From Methanomethylovorans sp. (GTDB taxonomy: Archaea; Halobacteriota; Methanosarcinia; Methanosarcinales; Methanosarcinaceae), in assembly GCF_041447285.1 (NCBI RefSeq), contig NZ_JBGMEB010000026.1:1-64000 (forward strand): a stretch of 64,000 nucleotides of DNA. The letters run 5' to 3'. Of this stretch, positions 43,481-53,182 are shown one piece after another. The translations under genes were made by a program, and so were the position numbers. Position 1 is the stretch's first letter. Every line of letters starts with the position of its first letter. The notes under the pieces are model-generated. The model worked only from the letters and a program-made list of their open reading frames with translations. It made no database searches and was not told the DNA's origin.

Positions 43481-44071
43481 ATGTTCGAAATAGAATTTGT
43501 CAAATTACAAAACGGTAAATTCCAGTTAGTTGATATTAATGTCCCACTGAGAAGTGAGATTTCGGAAGATTATATTTACGACGGTAATGCGGTTTTTCAG
43601 GAGCCCAACGGTATCATTGAAGTCCGTGGCCCCCAGCTTCTGCGCATCAGGAAGCTTCAGGTAATTGATAATGAGATAATGATGCAGATAAAGCAGGTAA
43701 TGCAGACTGCACAAAGGCGATTTGAAGAAATTAAAGTGGCACCTGCATATAAAATAGCATGTCCGAAATGCGGCAGAGCCGAATGGCGCAAACCCGGAGG
43801 CAAATGCAAATGCGGAAAACAGATACCTGAACCCAGTGAATATTACAAGGTCCCTATAGAGACCCGCGTATGCGTGGAACGCGGAGAATACTCACTAGAG
43901 CATTACATTCCATACATTAGTATGGGTGAAGCCCATGTGTCAAACGTGCCTGTGATCCTGAGTGCAGCCAACAGGTATTCTGTAAACAATAAACTCTATG
44001 CCCTCCTGACAGAGGAAGATATCCGCAAAATACTGGTTGATTTCGCAGCCGGAGAAATATCATACGTTTGA
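43481..44071 (+). CDS. hypothetical protein with internal CPxCG...CKCG zinc ribbon
   Basis: 196-aa ORF immediately past the CRISPR trailer. It contains ACPKCGRAEWRKPGGKCKCGKQIP. No family recognised. Confidence 0.4.
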   Translation: MFEIEFVKLQNGKFQLVDINVPLRSEISEDYIYDGNAVFQEPNGIIEVRGPQLLRIRKLQVIDNEIMMQIKQVMQTAQRRFEEIKVAPAYKIACPKCGRAEWRKPGGKCKCGKQIPEPSEYYKVPIETRVCVERGEYSLEHYIPYISMGEAHVSNVPVILSAANRYSVNNKLYALLTEEDIRKILVDFAAGEISYV

Positions 44072-44299
44072 TGATATTTTTGAATAATGGCTTATTGGCC
44101 ATTCCGGTATTTTTATTCTTTTTTGATTTTGTTGTAAAAGCAAGCATCCTATAACTGGAACATTGCCACAGTTGGCGAAGATATGTTCCAGGCTGCACGT
44201 ATATAAATTAAGAAGACAATAAGTACTTACTTAGAAATTTCTGTGGTTATACAGCAATTATCTTACTTGCAAGGAAGTGAGATATAAAGGAGCGAGAGG

Positions 44300-44503
44300 A
44301 TGGAAAATAAATACTGGCTATTAGTATTGATAAAAATAGAAGACGGACAGCCCGTCATTGAAAACCGGGAAGAGAAGGGCAGTCTTGGAGAAATAGCACA
44401 AAGCCTGGCATCTGAAGGAAATATCCTGCTCAATGCAATACCTATCACTGAGAAAGATTACAATCTGCTAAGGCGGATCCCTGAAAGCGAAGTCGACTAT
44501 TAA
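44300..44503 (+). CDS. small hypothetical protein (67 aa)
   Basis: It is preceded by GGAGCGAGAGG. Composition is not low-complexity. No family recognised. Confidence 0.25.
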   Translation: MENKYWLLVLIKIEDGQPVIENREEKGSLGEIAQSLASEGNILLNAIPITEKDYNLLRRIPESEVDY

Positions 44504-44607
44504 GCTGAGCTTAGAGATTTCCAAGCATCATACACTTTAATTATTTTTGATGCTTGATCCACAACTGGTTCAGAGAATTGTATAAAAATATACAAGAGGG
44601 GTTTTCT

Positions 44608-44913
44608 ATGAAGCAAATGGTAAAAATAACAAACATCGATGTATTATCACTGGCTAAGATATTAGGCCTTCTCTATGCATTCTTTGGCTTAATACTTGGA
44701 CTCCTGATGAGTCTGTTCATGGTAGTTCCTAGTTCTATGATGGGATATGCAGGAGGAGTTTCAGGCCTTCTGATGGGACTAGGAGTCATCATAACCGTAC
44801 CCATATTTTACGGCATCATGGGCTTCATTTCAGGAATAATCATGGCCATACCTTACAATATCATAGCTAACTGGATAGGTGGTCTTGAAGTAGAAGTAGA
44901 GACAAAAGAGTGA
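44608..44913 (+). CDS. small glycine-zipper membrane protein (2-3 TM)
   Basis: A GAGGGG SD lies 8 nt before the ATG. Hydrophobic segments have GxxxG spacing (GLILGLLMSLFMVV, GLLMGLGVIITVPIFYGIMGFISGIIMAI). Confidence 0.4.
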   Translation: MKQMVKITNIDVLSLAKILGLLYAFFGLILGLLMSLFMVVPSSMMGYAGGVSGLLMGLGVIITVPIFYGIMGFISGIIMAIPYNIIANWIGGLEVEVETKE

Positions 44914-45609
44914 AAATAAAAAGTATCTTAGCTGCTTTAATAAAGCTACGGATGAAGCAGAAAATAATTCCACTTCAAACGTATCTTATACAGCTATTGT
45001 TATCTGACTCATGCTCAATAACCCCGAGGCCTTCTTTTATTTTACCCCTGGTTTCTGCATCCAGTCCTCTGAGGTTCTTTATTGAGTCAGGTCTTAGTGT
45101 AATAATATTAGTCGTCATTATATTCTCTCCATAAACATTAAATCTGATTGTTATCAGCACATTCCGATGTTATTGAAATTGTAGTTCGGATTTGAGGGTT
45201 TTTCAAAAATGCCATGCACAATGCTTTTACGTTTTTCTTCACTAACATGTCGGGCTCCTGTAGCACTTTTTCAATGTCGATGAATCAAGGTAAATATATT
45301 AATCTAAATATATGTAGGTTTCGCTGATAAATATCGCCGAATATTACTTAAAATAAAGAAAAATAATGAGGAAAGTAAGTGAAAATAGCAGAAACTTAGA
45401 ATTGGGAATGATGGCAAGAGTAAGTACAAGGAGGGCCTTGCCATCGATCGGATGAAGACACTTCACATATACAGTTGATATTATAAAAATATGTCTATTA
45501 AATCATCGCCCATTTATAAAGGACAAAACATTAAAAAGAATATATTTTTGTATCTACAAACCATATTAAAATACATACTGCAATCCTGGAAGGAGTATGA
45601 TCATATAAA

Positions 45610-46071
45610 ATGTTCCGATTAATCCATATCGCTATTGATGAAGCTCGCAGAGGTATGCAGAACAATCACGGAGGGCCCTTCGGAGCCGTTATAGTAAAAG
45701 ACGGGGAAATAATAGCCACAGCCCATAATGAAGTGCTTAGCAGTAAAGACCCCACAGCCCATGCTGAAATACTGGCTATCCGCAGGGCATCACAGGAACT
45801 AAAACAATTCGACCTCTCAGATTGCGAGATCTACACCACTTCACAACCATGCCCCATGTGTCTGGCAGCTATCTGCTGGGCCGGGATCAAACGCATCCAC
45901 TACGGCACCACCACTGAAGAAGTTGCAAGCATCGGCTTTAATGATAGCAACATCTACCGCATCCTCAAAGGCGAACAGCCCTCCGAAATAGAATTCATGA
46001 CCATTGAAAGAGAAGCCTGCCAGGAACTGCTCAAGGAATGGGAAAACAAACCAGACAAACAAATGTATTAA
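45610..46071 (+). CDS. CMP/dCMP-type zinc deaminase family protein (TadA/GuaD-like nucleoside deaminase)
   Basis: The zinc-binding motif is HAEILAI...PCPMCLAAI. Size is 153 aa. Confidence 0.7.
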   Translation: MFRLIHIAIDEARRGMQNNHGGPFGAVIVKDGEIIATAHNEVLSSKDPTAHAEILAIRRASQELKQFDLSDCEIYTTSQPCPMCLAAICWAGIKRIHYGTTTEEVASIGFNDSNIYRILKGEQPSEIEFMTIEREACQELLKEWENKPDKQMY

Positions 46072-46147
46072 AACCAAATTCCCTATCCAGAACAACAACC
46101 CCGCCGCAGGCGGCACGTTCCAATATTTTCAATTGATGAGCAGAAGA

Positions 46148-46741
46148 TCATAGTTGTCTTCTGCATATCCCAGCCAATAACAACATCCCGATAGCTACAG
46201 ACAGAATGAACCCAGGAGTCTTTGCAGGCTCTTCTGAGGGAGTTGCTGCTGATGATTCAACTGAATCGCCATCGTAGTACTCCTCGCTGACGGTTACATA
46301 GGCGGCGGTGAATTCGCCGCTGATTAGTGTATCAAAAGAATCCAAATCATCGAATTGGTAGACAAAATCTAGTGGTACACTGCCACCAGCCCAATTTTCT
46401 GTAGGAACTACAGTCCATTCATAGGTTTTTGTTTCATTCTTTTCTATAATTCCACCGGTATATTTGTTCATTTCACTTGTAGATCCATTAATTATTTTGA
46501 AATCTTTTTCATCAATAGTTGTCAGCATTGCAGAGATTTCACATCTTTGATATGGAGTAACATCAAATCGAACTTTGAAAGGCTCTCCAATCTTCAAAAC
46601 TGGCTTTGGGGTTTCTGAACCAGGATATAATTTTCCATTGAAATATACATCAATTTTACCGTAGGGACTTTCTGCTGATCCCACGATAGGCAAAATTAAG
46701 AGACATAGAATGTAAAATAAAACTATGAATTTGTTATTCAT
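46148..46741 (-). CDS. secreted protein with PGF-CTERM archaeosortase sorting signal
   Basis: It has a signal peptide. The C-terminus is Thr/Ser/Pro/Glu-rich linker, then PGF, then hydrophobic helix, then RRQL: ...EEPAKTPGFILSVAIGMLLLAGICRRQL. Confidence 0.7.
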   Translation of the reverse strand: MNNKFIVLFYILCLLILPIVGSAESPYGKIDVYFNGKLYPGSETPKPVLKIGEPFKVRFDVTPYQRCEISAMLTTIDEKDFKIINGSTSEMNKYTGGIIEKNETKTYEWTVVPTENWAGGSVPLDFVYQFDDLDSFDTLISGEFTAAYVTVSEEYYDGDSVESSAATPSEEPAKTPGFILSVAIGMLLLAGICRRQL

Positions 46742-46750
46742 TTTTTAACC

Positions 46751-49700
46751 TCAAAATTGTAGCTCAAAATTGTCATAACCTGGAGATTTTTCTTCCCTTC
46801 CACCAATCTTGTCTCCAACTCCTTTTGGTCCAGGTCCTACAACTGTTGCAGCGTAACCATTAAATGAAAAATAAATTGGGGAGTTTCTTCCCAAGAATAT
46901 GGAACTTCCATCTATGTTTTTTTGCGTAGGATGTTTTACCCTTTGGTTGTCTCTCACATACGCCTGTGCCTTGTGTCCAAGGAACGGATCAACGATACAT
47001 TCGTTGTCTATGTCACTGATTTGGAATGTTTTGTATCGGCCCTTCACATCATATTCCCATAGATTTATCGTGCATACCCAGTTTGGTGGGAGCAAGGGCA
47101 GGCCAGCAGGCACGTACCTCATAGCTGTTTCAATTCTTTTTGCAACTTTCTCTGCGGCTTTGCCAGTCAGTTTATTAGCTGAATCATCAAGTTTTGTTTG
47201 CAATTCATTATCGATGTTAGAGAAACATTCATCAATGGTCTCATGGCACACATCGATAGCTGCACACACTCCATCCGACACGCCCATCTGCATGTCAGCT
47301 TCAAGGCGCAGCATAGCAATATCAACCTCTCCGCGATTTGTGACACTATTCAAATCCATGTTAGCCTTGAGCATACCAAAGAGATCCTTTGCCAGAGTGT
47401 CGTCCGAGGTCATAGCTACCAGCTCTTCATTACTTAAAGAATTCAGGTACTGTTGTGTCAGGATTTCCACCAGGTCAGGATCTATACATGTAGATAGCAC
47501 AGGATCAGCAGCCACCTGTCTGCTTATCTGCACCGGAATATCTACCCGAAGCTGATCAGCATAGGTATTCACAAGCCTTGTCTGATTGTCCCGAAGCAGA
47601 GCAGTATCTGTGCTTACTCCAGCCTGTGTCAGATTCACAGCCTCAGCCTGCATCTGCATGAGCACTTCGTCCACCTGTGAGTTCACTTCACAGATACTGC
47701 TGCTCATCTGCTCTGAGACAGCAGTTTTTACCGGATCAGTGCACCCTTGCATAATATCTGCAACCTCACCGCTTACATCCCCGGAAAATACACATGTGTT
47801 ACGCACTGCCAGAGGATAGATCGTTTTCCCTGTAACCTCGTCTTCCCATACGAACTGCTCCTGCAGGTCAAATCCTTCATCATGGTATAGATAGTCAGGA
47901 TACTGATCCACCAGCAGAGTCAGGTTCTCAGTCCAGCTGTATTTGCTGTGAGGCCAGCCGACCACTTCCATGGTATCCATCACACCCATATCCTGCGCAA
48001 GGGAATTTGTTGCCATGGACAAAGCAGGATTATCAAAAAGCAATTCAGAAGGCGAAAGACCACCCAGAAGATCTGAAAGCATAGATCCCTTTTCCTCCTG
48101 GAAAGCATCGTTTACATATCCGTCTAAAGAGTCTCTTACTCTTGCATTGCTACCCACAAGTTCCTGCACTGTATTCTCATAAGCCTCGTTCCTTACGATC
48201 ATACGGGCCGCATCGCTGCAGGTAGTGAAATTATTCCCACTGAAATGACCCTGAGCCTGCACATATTCCTCCCTTTCGTTTTCCATTTCAAAGGACATGT
48301 CCTGTGCAGCTTCATAAAAGAGATCCGCAGGATTGCGTCCCAGGTTATCACCCATAAGAGAGACTTTACGTGAGGGGCCTGTATCATCCATTTCATCCAG
48401 CATGGAGAGCAATTCCTCTGTCATAAGACCAGGAAGCCATTCTGGCACATCGCATGCAACAGTCCGCCTGGGCAGATGATTGCCGTTATGATACTCTTGA
48501 TAATCAGTTTCTATCTGCACGAGATTGACATAAGATTCTCTGTACTTATCGGCAGCATCACTGCAACATGTATCTGCCAGTTCCGCTCCGTCAACTATCA
48601 CGGATGTATTTCTGAAATCATAATCTATAGGCTGGACATACTCTTCAAGACCCTCATAAGTATTGGTCCTGAAGCATTTGTGATAAACGAGAGTAATGTT
48701 CTCTGTTTCAAGTTCCTTATGCGACTGCTGTACAGAGTCATACTTATCCAGCCTTTCATTATCGTGTCCGTTGTCTATCACGCCTGTGTACGTATAGGCA
48801 TAATCATAGTCCAGCTCCCACTGAGAACATACATCAAATTCCACAAGATATTCGATGTCCCAGTCAAAGGAATGAGATTCACTGTTAAGGTAACCATCTT
48901 CCCTTTCCATGTTAAGAAGAACATCATTTCCTGCGTACATCATCACTGGTGTGACCTTGAGGTTTTCCAGAGATGTGGAAAGGTGATTAAGGCGGGCATT
49001 TGTTATCTGCCAGTTGGCAATATCCAGATCAGTAATTGAACTGGGTTTCATTATTCTCTCACTGTAGGTTATTCTGCTTGTGTTCTCGAATGCATATCCC
49101 GGAACAATGGCCCCATCATGCCATAATGAAACAACATATTCAGCATCCCATGTCAGATGATAATAAGAAAAGCTCTTGCTGAGCCTTACAGTATCAGGAT
49201 CAAAAAACGTCTCAACCTGCACATCCCTTATTGCAGGCCTGTCATTTACTCCAGTTCTTATTATTTCCGGCATTACCTTGGCACTGTATATTGTACTGGC
49301 CACGTTATGAATCAGATCTGGCTCTTCATGGCTCCACATCCTGTCATTAAAGATCCATCCGTTTTTTACAACTTCTGTGTAATTGGAAACCGCCATGGTC
49401 ACTGAAGCATTATCTTCCACTTGCTGCAGGCTCGTACCGGCATCTGCCATTGAACTGCTCATACTTTCTTCTACATCCATGTTAAAAGAACCGTTCTGAG
49501 CAAGATGATCATAGAAAGATGAAATATTACCATTCTCCAAATCATAACCTGATGTATCTCTTTTTATATCAGAGTACATAGTCTTTCCATTGTAGTAGCC
49601 TGTGTACATCAAAGACCAGGGATCCACAGCATCAAAAACACGTTTCTGGGCATACACTGTGCCTGCATTCACAGACCCTGCTATGGAGGGACCTGTAAGA

Positions 49701-50767
49701 ATATTCAGTGGCCCGCCTGCATAATGCTGCCAAGGTCCGTAAGTAAAAGAGCGTATATTGGACAGCCCAAGAACAATATCCGGTGATACACCCGTATTAA
49801 GTTCCTGCTCGTATTCAGTAGTGAGCTGTTCAAGCAGCGGTTCTCTTGAATCCACTGGCGTAAAAACATCCATACTTCCATTGTTTGTTATGCCTGTTTC
49901 GATATCAGTTAACGTATAGTTCAGGTCCTTTACAGTAAGTGTATAATAAATAGTATAGCCATCGTGGCTCTGAGATATACTTCGCCTCAAACTCCCGTTC
50001 ACCTTATCGATGATTATCTGGTCAGGACTGATGTCCCCGTTCACATTCAGAATGTATCTGCCTGCCTTATGAACATCGTGCCTGTAATTGTTTTCCATGA
50101 ACTCATTGAAACGTGCTGCAACGATATCCTTGATGGGGTTTGTACCCACATGGAACCAGTCAGTAGCCTCTACATCATTTCCAACCTTCAGTACAACATA
50201 TCCGAAACAATATGATGCATCCTCGGGTATCTTTACTTCCTGCACAAATGAAGAACTTCCCCATAAGCTATGGGATTCGTTATAGTTGAAGTTCATATTG
50301 AAACTTCCAGTGCCATCGTATACAGTAAGCACCCTTTCCTGATCGCTGAACAGAGAAATTATTGCACCTATGGCATTGGACGGAAGCTCCACTTGTACCT
50401 GCAAAGTATCTCCCGGTTCAAGGTCTTTATTTAAAGGACGGGCAACAAAACCATCATTACTCCATGCCTCCAAGGATGTTGATTCTGCCTGGATGATCGG
50501 ATGTTCTCCCTGCCACTCTAACGCCTCCATACCTGCATAATTAAGGCATCGCGATATATCCGCACATGCCATGTCCAGCATATCATGCTGAGGATCCGAC
50601 GCATCAGTGGAATACACCACCTCAGCAAGCTGATAGTCTATGCGTGTGAGATTTGCCGCCATCAGTAATGAGAACAACAGGATGAATATGCCAATAATTG
50701 CAAAAGGAACATAAGCCTCATTGTCATAAATGAGTTCATTAATTCCTTTTTTCTGTTTTTTGTCCAT
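46751..50767 (-). CDS. giant (1338 aa) acidic, Cys-containing cell-surface protein with N-terminal signal anchor
   Basis: A single N-terminal TM (FAIIGIFILLFSLLMAANL) is followed by a ~1300-aa Asp/Glu/Tyr/Asn-rich ectodomain with many paired Cys. It lies 10 bp upstream of the PGF-CTERM gene on the same strand. Confidence 0.5.
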   Translation of the reverse strand: MDKKQKKGINELIYDNEAYVPFAIIGIFILLFSLLMAANLTRIDYQLAEVVYSTDASDPQHDMLDMACADISRCLNYAGMEALEWQGEHPIIQAESTSLEAWSNDGFVARPLNKDLEPGDTLQVQVELPSNAIGAIISLFSDQERVLTVYDGTGSFNMNFNYNESHSLWGSSSFVQEVKIPEDASYCFGYVVLKVGNDVEATDWFHVGTNPIKDIVAARFNEFMENNYRHDVHKAGRYILNVNGDISPDQIIIDKVNGSLRRSISQSHDGYTIYYTLTVKDLNYTLTDIETGITNNGSMDVFTPVDSREPLLEQLTTEYEQELNTGVSPDIVLGLSNIRSFTYGPWQHYAGGPLNILTGPSIAGSVNAGTVYAQKRVFDAVDPWSLMYTGYYNGKTMYSDIKRDTSGYDLENGNISSFYDHLAQNGSFNMDVEESMSSSMADAGTSLQQVEDNASVTMAVSNYTEVVKNGWIFNDRMWSHEEPDLIHNVASTIYSAKVMPEIIRTGVNDRPAIRDVQVETFFDPDTVRLSKSFSYYHLTWDAEYVVSLWHDGAIVPGYAFENTSRITYSERIMKPSSITDLDIANWQITNARLNHLSTSLENLKVTPVMMYAGNDVLLNMEREDGYLNSESHSFDWDIEYLVEFDVCSQWELDYDYAYTYTGVIDNGHDNERLDKYDSVQQSHKELETENITLVYHKCFRTNTYEGLEEYVQPIDYDFRNTSVIVDGAELADTCCSDAADKYRESYVNLVQIETDYQEYHNGNHLPRRTVACDVPEWLPGLMTEELLSMLDEMDDTGPSRKVSLMGDNLGRNPADLFYEAAQDMSFEMENEREEYVQAQGHFSGNNFTTCSDAARMIVRNEAYENTVQELVGSNARVRDSLDGYVNDAFQEEKGSMLSDLLGGLSPSELLFDNPALSMATNSLAQDMGVMDTMEVVGWPHSKYSWTENLTLLVDQYPDYLYHDEGFDLQEQFVWEDEVTGKTIYPLAVRNTCVFSGDVSGEVADIMQGCTDPVKTAVSEQMSSSICEVNSQVDEVLMQMQAEAVNLTQAGVSTDTALLRDNQTRLVNTYADQLRVDIPVQISRQVAADPVLSTCIDPDLVEILTQQYLNSLSNEELVAMTSDDTLAKDLFGMLKANMDLNSVTNRGEVDIAMLRLEADMQMGVSDGVCAAIDVCHETIDECFSNIDNELQTKLDDSANKLTGKAAEKVAKRIETAMRYVPAGLPLLPPNWVCTINLWEYDVKGRYKTFQISDIDNECIVDPFLGHKAQAYVRDNQRVKHPTQKNIDGSSIFLGRNSPIYFSFNGYAATVVGPGPKGVGDKIGGREEKSPGYDNFELQF

Positions 50768-51002
50768 GGATACTGTCCTGTCTAACTATGTTGCCACGGA
50801 TATTACATAATAATTATATAAATATTGTGCTGATTATCGTATAAAAATGCAATATATAAGCAAGTGCCCACTAAGGCAGAAACTTATAAATCAGCAGCAG
50901 ATATATTGAAAATGGGAGCAAATTTATAATTCAAAAATAGATGAGTTTTATATATTAATGCCATAATATAAAGGCTACTCGTTGAAAAGGGAGGAGAAAG
51001 GC

Positions 51003-52208
51003 ATGGCTGATCTTACTATATATACTCTAAGTTTTCTCTCGCTGATCATCACCATCTTGCTCCTGATCGTGTTCAGCTATCTCTTTCGAGAGAAACAGCT
51101 CTTCTACCGGGAAAAAATATTTCAACAATTGATATTGATTGCAATATTTGTAGTAGGTCTCATATTTATTATTTTTACTTTACCTCTAGATATAGACACA
51201 AAGAATTTGCTGATCACACTTTTAGGTATAGTAAGTGGTGCAGCTATTGCATTCTCATCTTCGACCTTTATATCCAATGCTATGGCAGGTATTATGCTTC
51301 GGCTTATCAAGCCTTTCAGAATAGGCGATTACATAAAGATAAACGATACATTCGGGAGGGTCACAGAAATAAATTTTCTGCATACTCAGATACAATCCCA
51401 AGAAAGAGACCTTGTAACTATACCCAATATTGCCCTTGTGTCTCATCCTCTTAAAACCATCCGCACATCAGGAACCATTATCAGCACAGAACTTTCCCTT
51501 GGCTATAATGTACCGCGCAAAAAGATCGAAAAGAACCTCCTTCTTGCAGCAGAAAAAGCAAAACTTGAGAATCCCTTTGTGCATATTACAGAACTGGGAG
51601 ATTTTTCTATAAAATATAAAGTCGGTGGGCTTCAGAAAGATGTTGGAAGCCTCATAACCTCAAGTTCAGATTTCAAGAAATATGTAGTGGATGCACTTCA
51701 TGGAGATAGCATTGAGATCGTTTCTCCAACTTTTATGAATCAGAGACAGATTCAAGAAAATAACCTATTCATACCGCTTGCGGAAGAAGAAAGTACCTAC
51801 GAAGCAGATATCCAGAAAAGTGTACTGGAAAAAACCACAGAGCAGATAATCTTCGACCGCGCCATCGAGGCAGAGAACCTGGATAAGATAAAAAATACGA
51901 TGGAAAGTATTCATGACCGGAACAAAGCAATGGAAGAAAAAGTCAAGACCATTCTGGATGGTAACAGAAAACAAAGACTCATGATGGAAATTGATGCACT
52001 CAGAGAAGAGGAAGAAAATTTAAAACATGGAGTGGAAGACCTGAAAAAGCTGCCAGATTTCACTGCAGATATAGAGGATCAGGAAAAAGATAAGATCATT
52101 AAAACCATAGAAAGTACGATGGCACAATCAAACGAACTTGAAAAAAAACAAAATAGGCTTCTTCAGAGAATAGAAACAGCACATATCCGTGAAGGCAAAA
52201 TGAACTGA
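51003..52208 (+). CDS. MscS-family mechanosensitive channel with long C-terminal coiled-coil extension
   Basis: Three TM helices precede the MscS beta-domain motif FRIGDYIKINDTFGRVTEINFLHTQIQSQERDLVTIPN. The C-terminal ~140 aa is Glu/Lys-rich coiled coil. GGGAGGAG precedes ATG 51003. Confidence 0.75.
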   Translation: MADLTIYTLSFLSLIITILLLIVFSYLFREKQLFYREKIFQQLILIAIFVVGLIFIIFTLPLDIDTKNLLITLLGIVSGAAIAFSSSTFISNAMAGIMLRLIKPFRIGDYIKINDTFGRVTEINFLHTQIQSQERDLVTIPNIALVSHPLKTIRTSGTIISTELSLGYNVPRKKIEKNLLLAAEKAKLENPFVHITELGDFSIKYKVGGLQKDVGSLITSSSDFKKYVVDALHGDSIEIVSPTFMNQRQIQENNLFIPLAEEESTYEADIQKSVLEKTTEQIIFDRAIEAENLDKIKNTMESIHDRNKAMEEKVKTILDGNRKQRLMMEIDALREEEENLKHGVEDLKKLPDFTADIEDQEKDKIIKTIESTMAQSNELEKKQNRLLQRIETAHIREGKMN

Positions 52209-52264
52209 ATACCTATCAAAATACCCCTACACAATTATATAACATGTGTTGTATTTAGCCAATT

Positions 52265-53143
52265 ATGATTATCGGTGTGCTTGGGCCCAGAGGGTCATAT
52301 TCGGATAAAGCTACCCAACTATGGCTTACTAGAGAGCACCCTTTCTCAAAAGATGTATCCCTTAAGTATTGTGGCGACTTCATTGACACTTTTGATTCAG
52401 TAGTGAACAATGAAGCTGACATAGGTATTGTACCTGTGGAAAATTCTATCGAAGGATCAGTGGGTGTTACCCTGGACCTGCTCCTGGAACATGATATCCA
52501 GATCATAGGAGAGGTTGTTGTGCCTATTGAACACTGTTTACTGTCTAAAGGGGAGATTGAAGATATCAGAGTGATATTATCCCATCCCCAGGCACTTGGA
52601 CAGTGCAGACAGTTCATCAAAAGCCACTTTCCCCATGCGGAGATACGGACCACAGGCAGTACATCTCATGCAGCCAAGCTTGCCACTGAGTTTGAAGAAA
52701 TGGCAGCTATAGCATCCAGAGAATCAGCCGGTATGTATGGTCTGAACGTGCTGCTCTGTGATATACAGGACTGCAATAACAATCATACACGTTTCATTGT
52801 CTTCAGGAAGAAACAGGAAATTGATGACATTATCTGGAAGAATAGAGATAAAAATACAATCGAACAGAATGATAAAACAAGTTTACCCCACAGAACATCT
52901 ATAATAGTCTACCTTGACAGGGACAGACCCGGAGCATTGTATGACCTGTTGGGAGAATTCGCTACCAGGAAGATCAATCTCACCCGGATAGAATCCAGAC
53001 CATCAAAACGTATCCTGGGAGATTATGTATTTTACATTGACTTTGCAGGAAATATAAGCGATACTATTATAAAAGATGCTTTAAATAACGTTCTGCCGAA
53101 AGCAGGGATGATGAAAGTGCTTGGCTCCTATGTCATGATGTAA
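52265..53143 (+). CDS. pheA: prephenate dehydratase (PDT plus ACT domain)
   Basis: IIGVLGPRGSYSD...TRIESRPS has the ESRP motif, and a C-terminal ACT domain follows. Confidence 0.85.
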   Translation: MIIGVLGPRGSYSDKATQLWLTREHPFSKDVSLKYCGDFIDTFDSVVNNEADIGIVPVENSIEGSVGVTLDLLLEHDIQIIGEVVVPIEHCLLSKGEIEDIRVILSHPQALGQCRQFIKSHFPHAEIRTTGSTSHAAKLATEFEEMAAIASRESAGMYGLNVLLCDIQDCNNNHTRFIVFRKKQEIDDIIWKNRDKNTIEQNDKTSLPHRTSIIVYLDRDRPGALYDLLGEFATRKINLTRIESRPSKRILGDYVFYIDFAGNISDTIIKDALNNVLPKAGMMKVLGSYVMM

Positions 53144-53182
53144 TAGTAGGAGACTAGCAGTATACAGGACAAGTGCATTGCC

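Noticed and set aside
43917-44198. 93-aa minus ORF overlapping the 3' end of the 43481-44071 gene.
   Set aside because: It overlaps a better-supported + strand ORF, and no SD or family signal was seen.
44910-45160. Overlapping short ORFs on both strands (44910-45134 + and 44975-45160 -).
   Set aside because: They are mutually exclusive and lack clear start signals. The minus-strand 61-aa ORF is not impossible as a small protein, but I could not support it.
46899-50285. Several + strand ORFs (for example 46899-47555 and 48476-49039) opposite the 1338-aa gene.
   Set aside because: They are antisense shadows within a single uninterrupted 4-kb reading frame.
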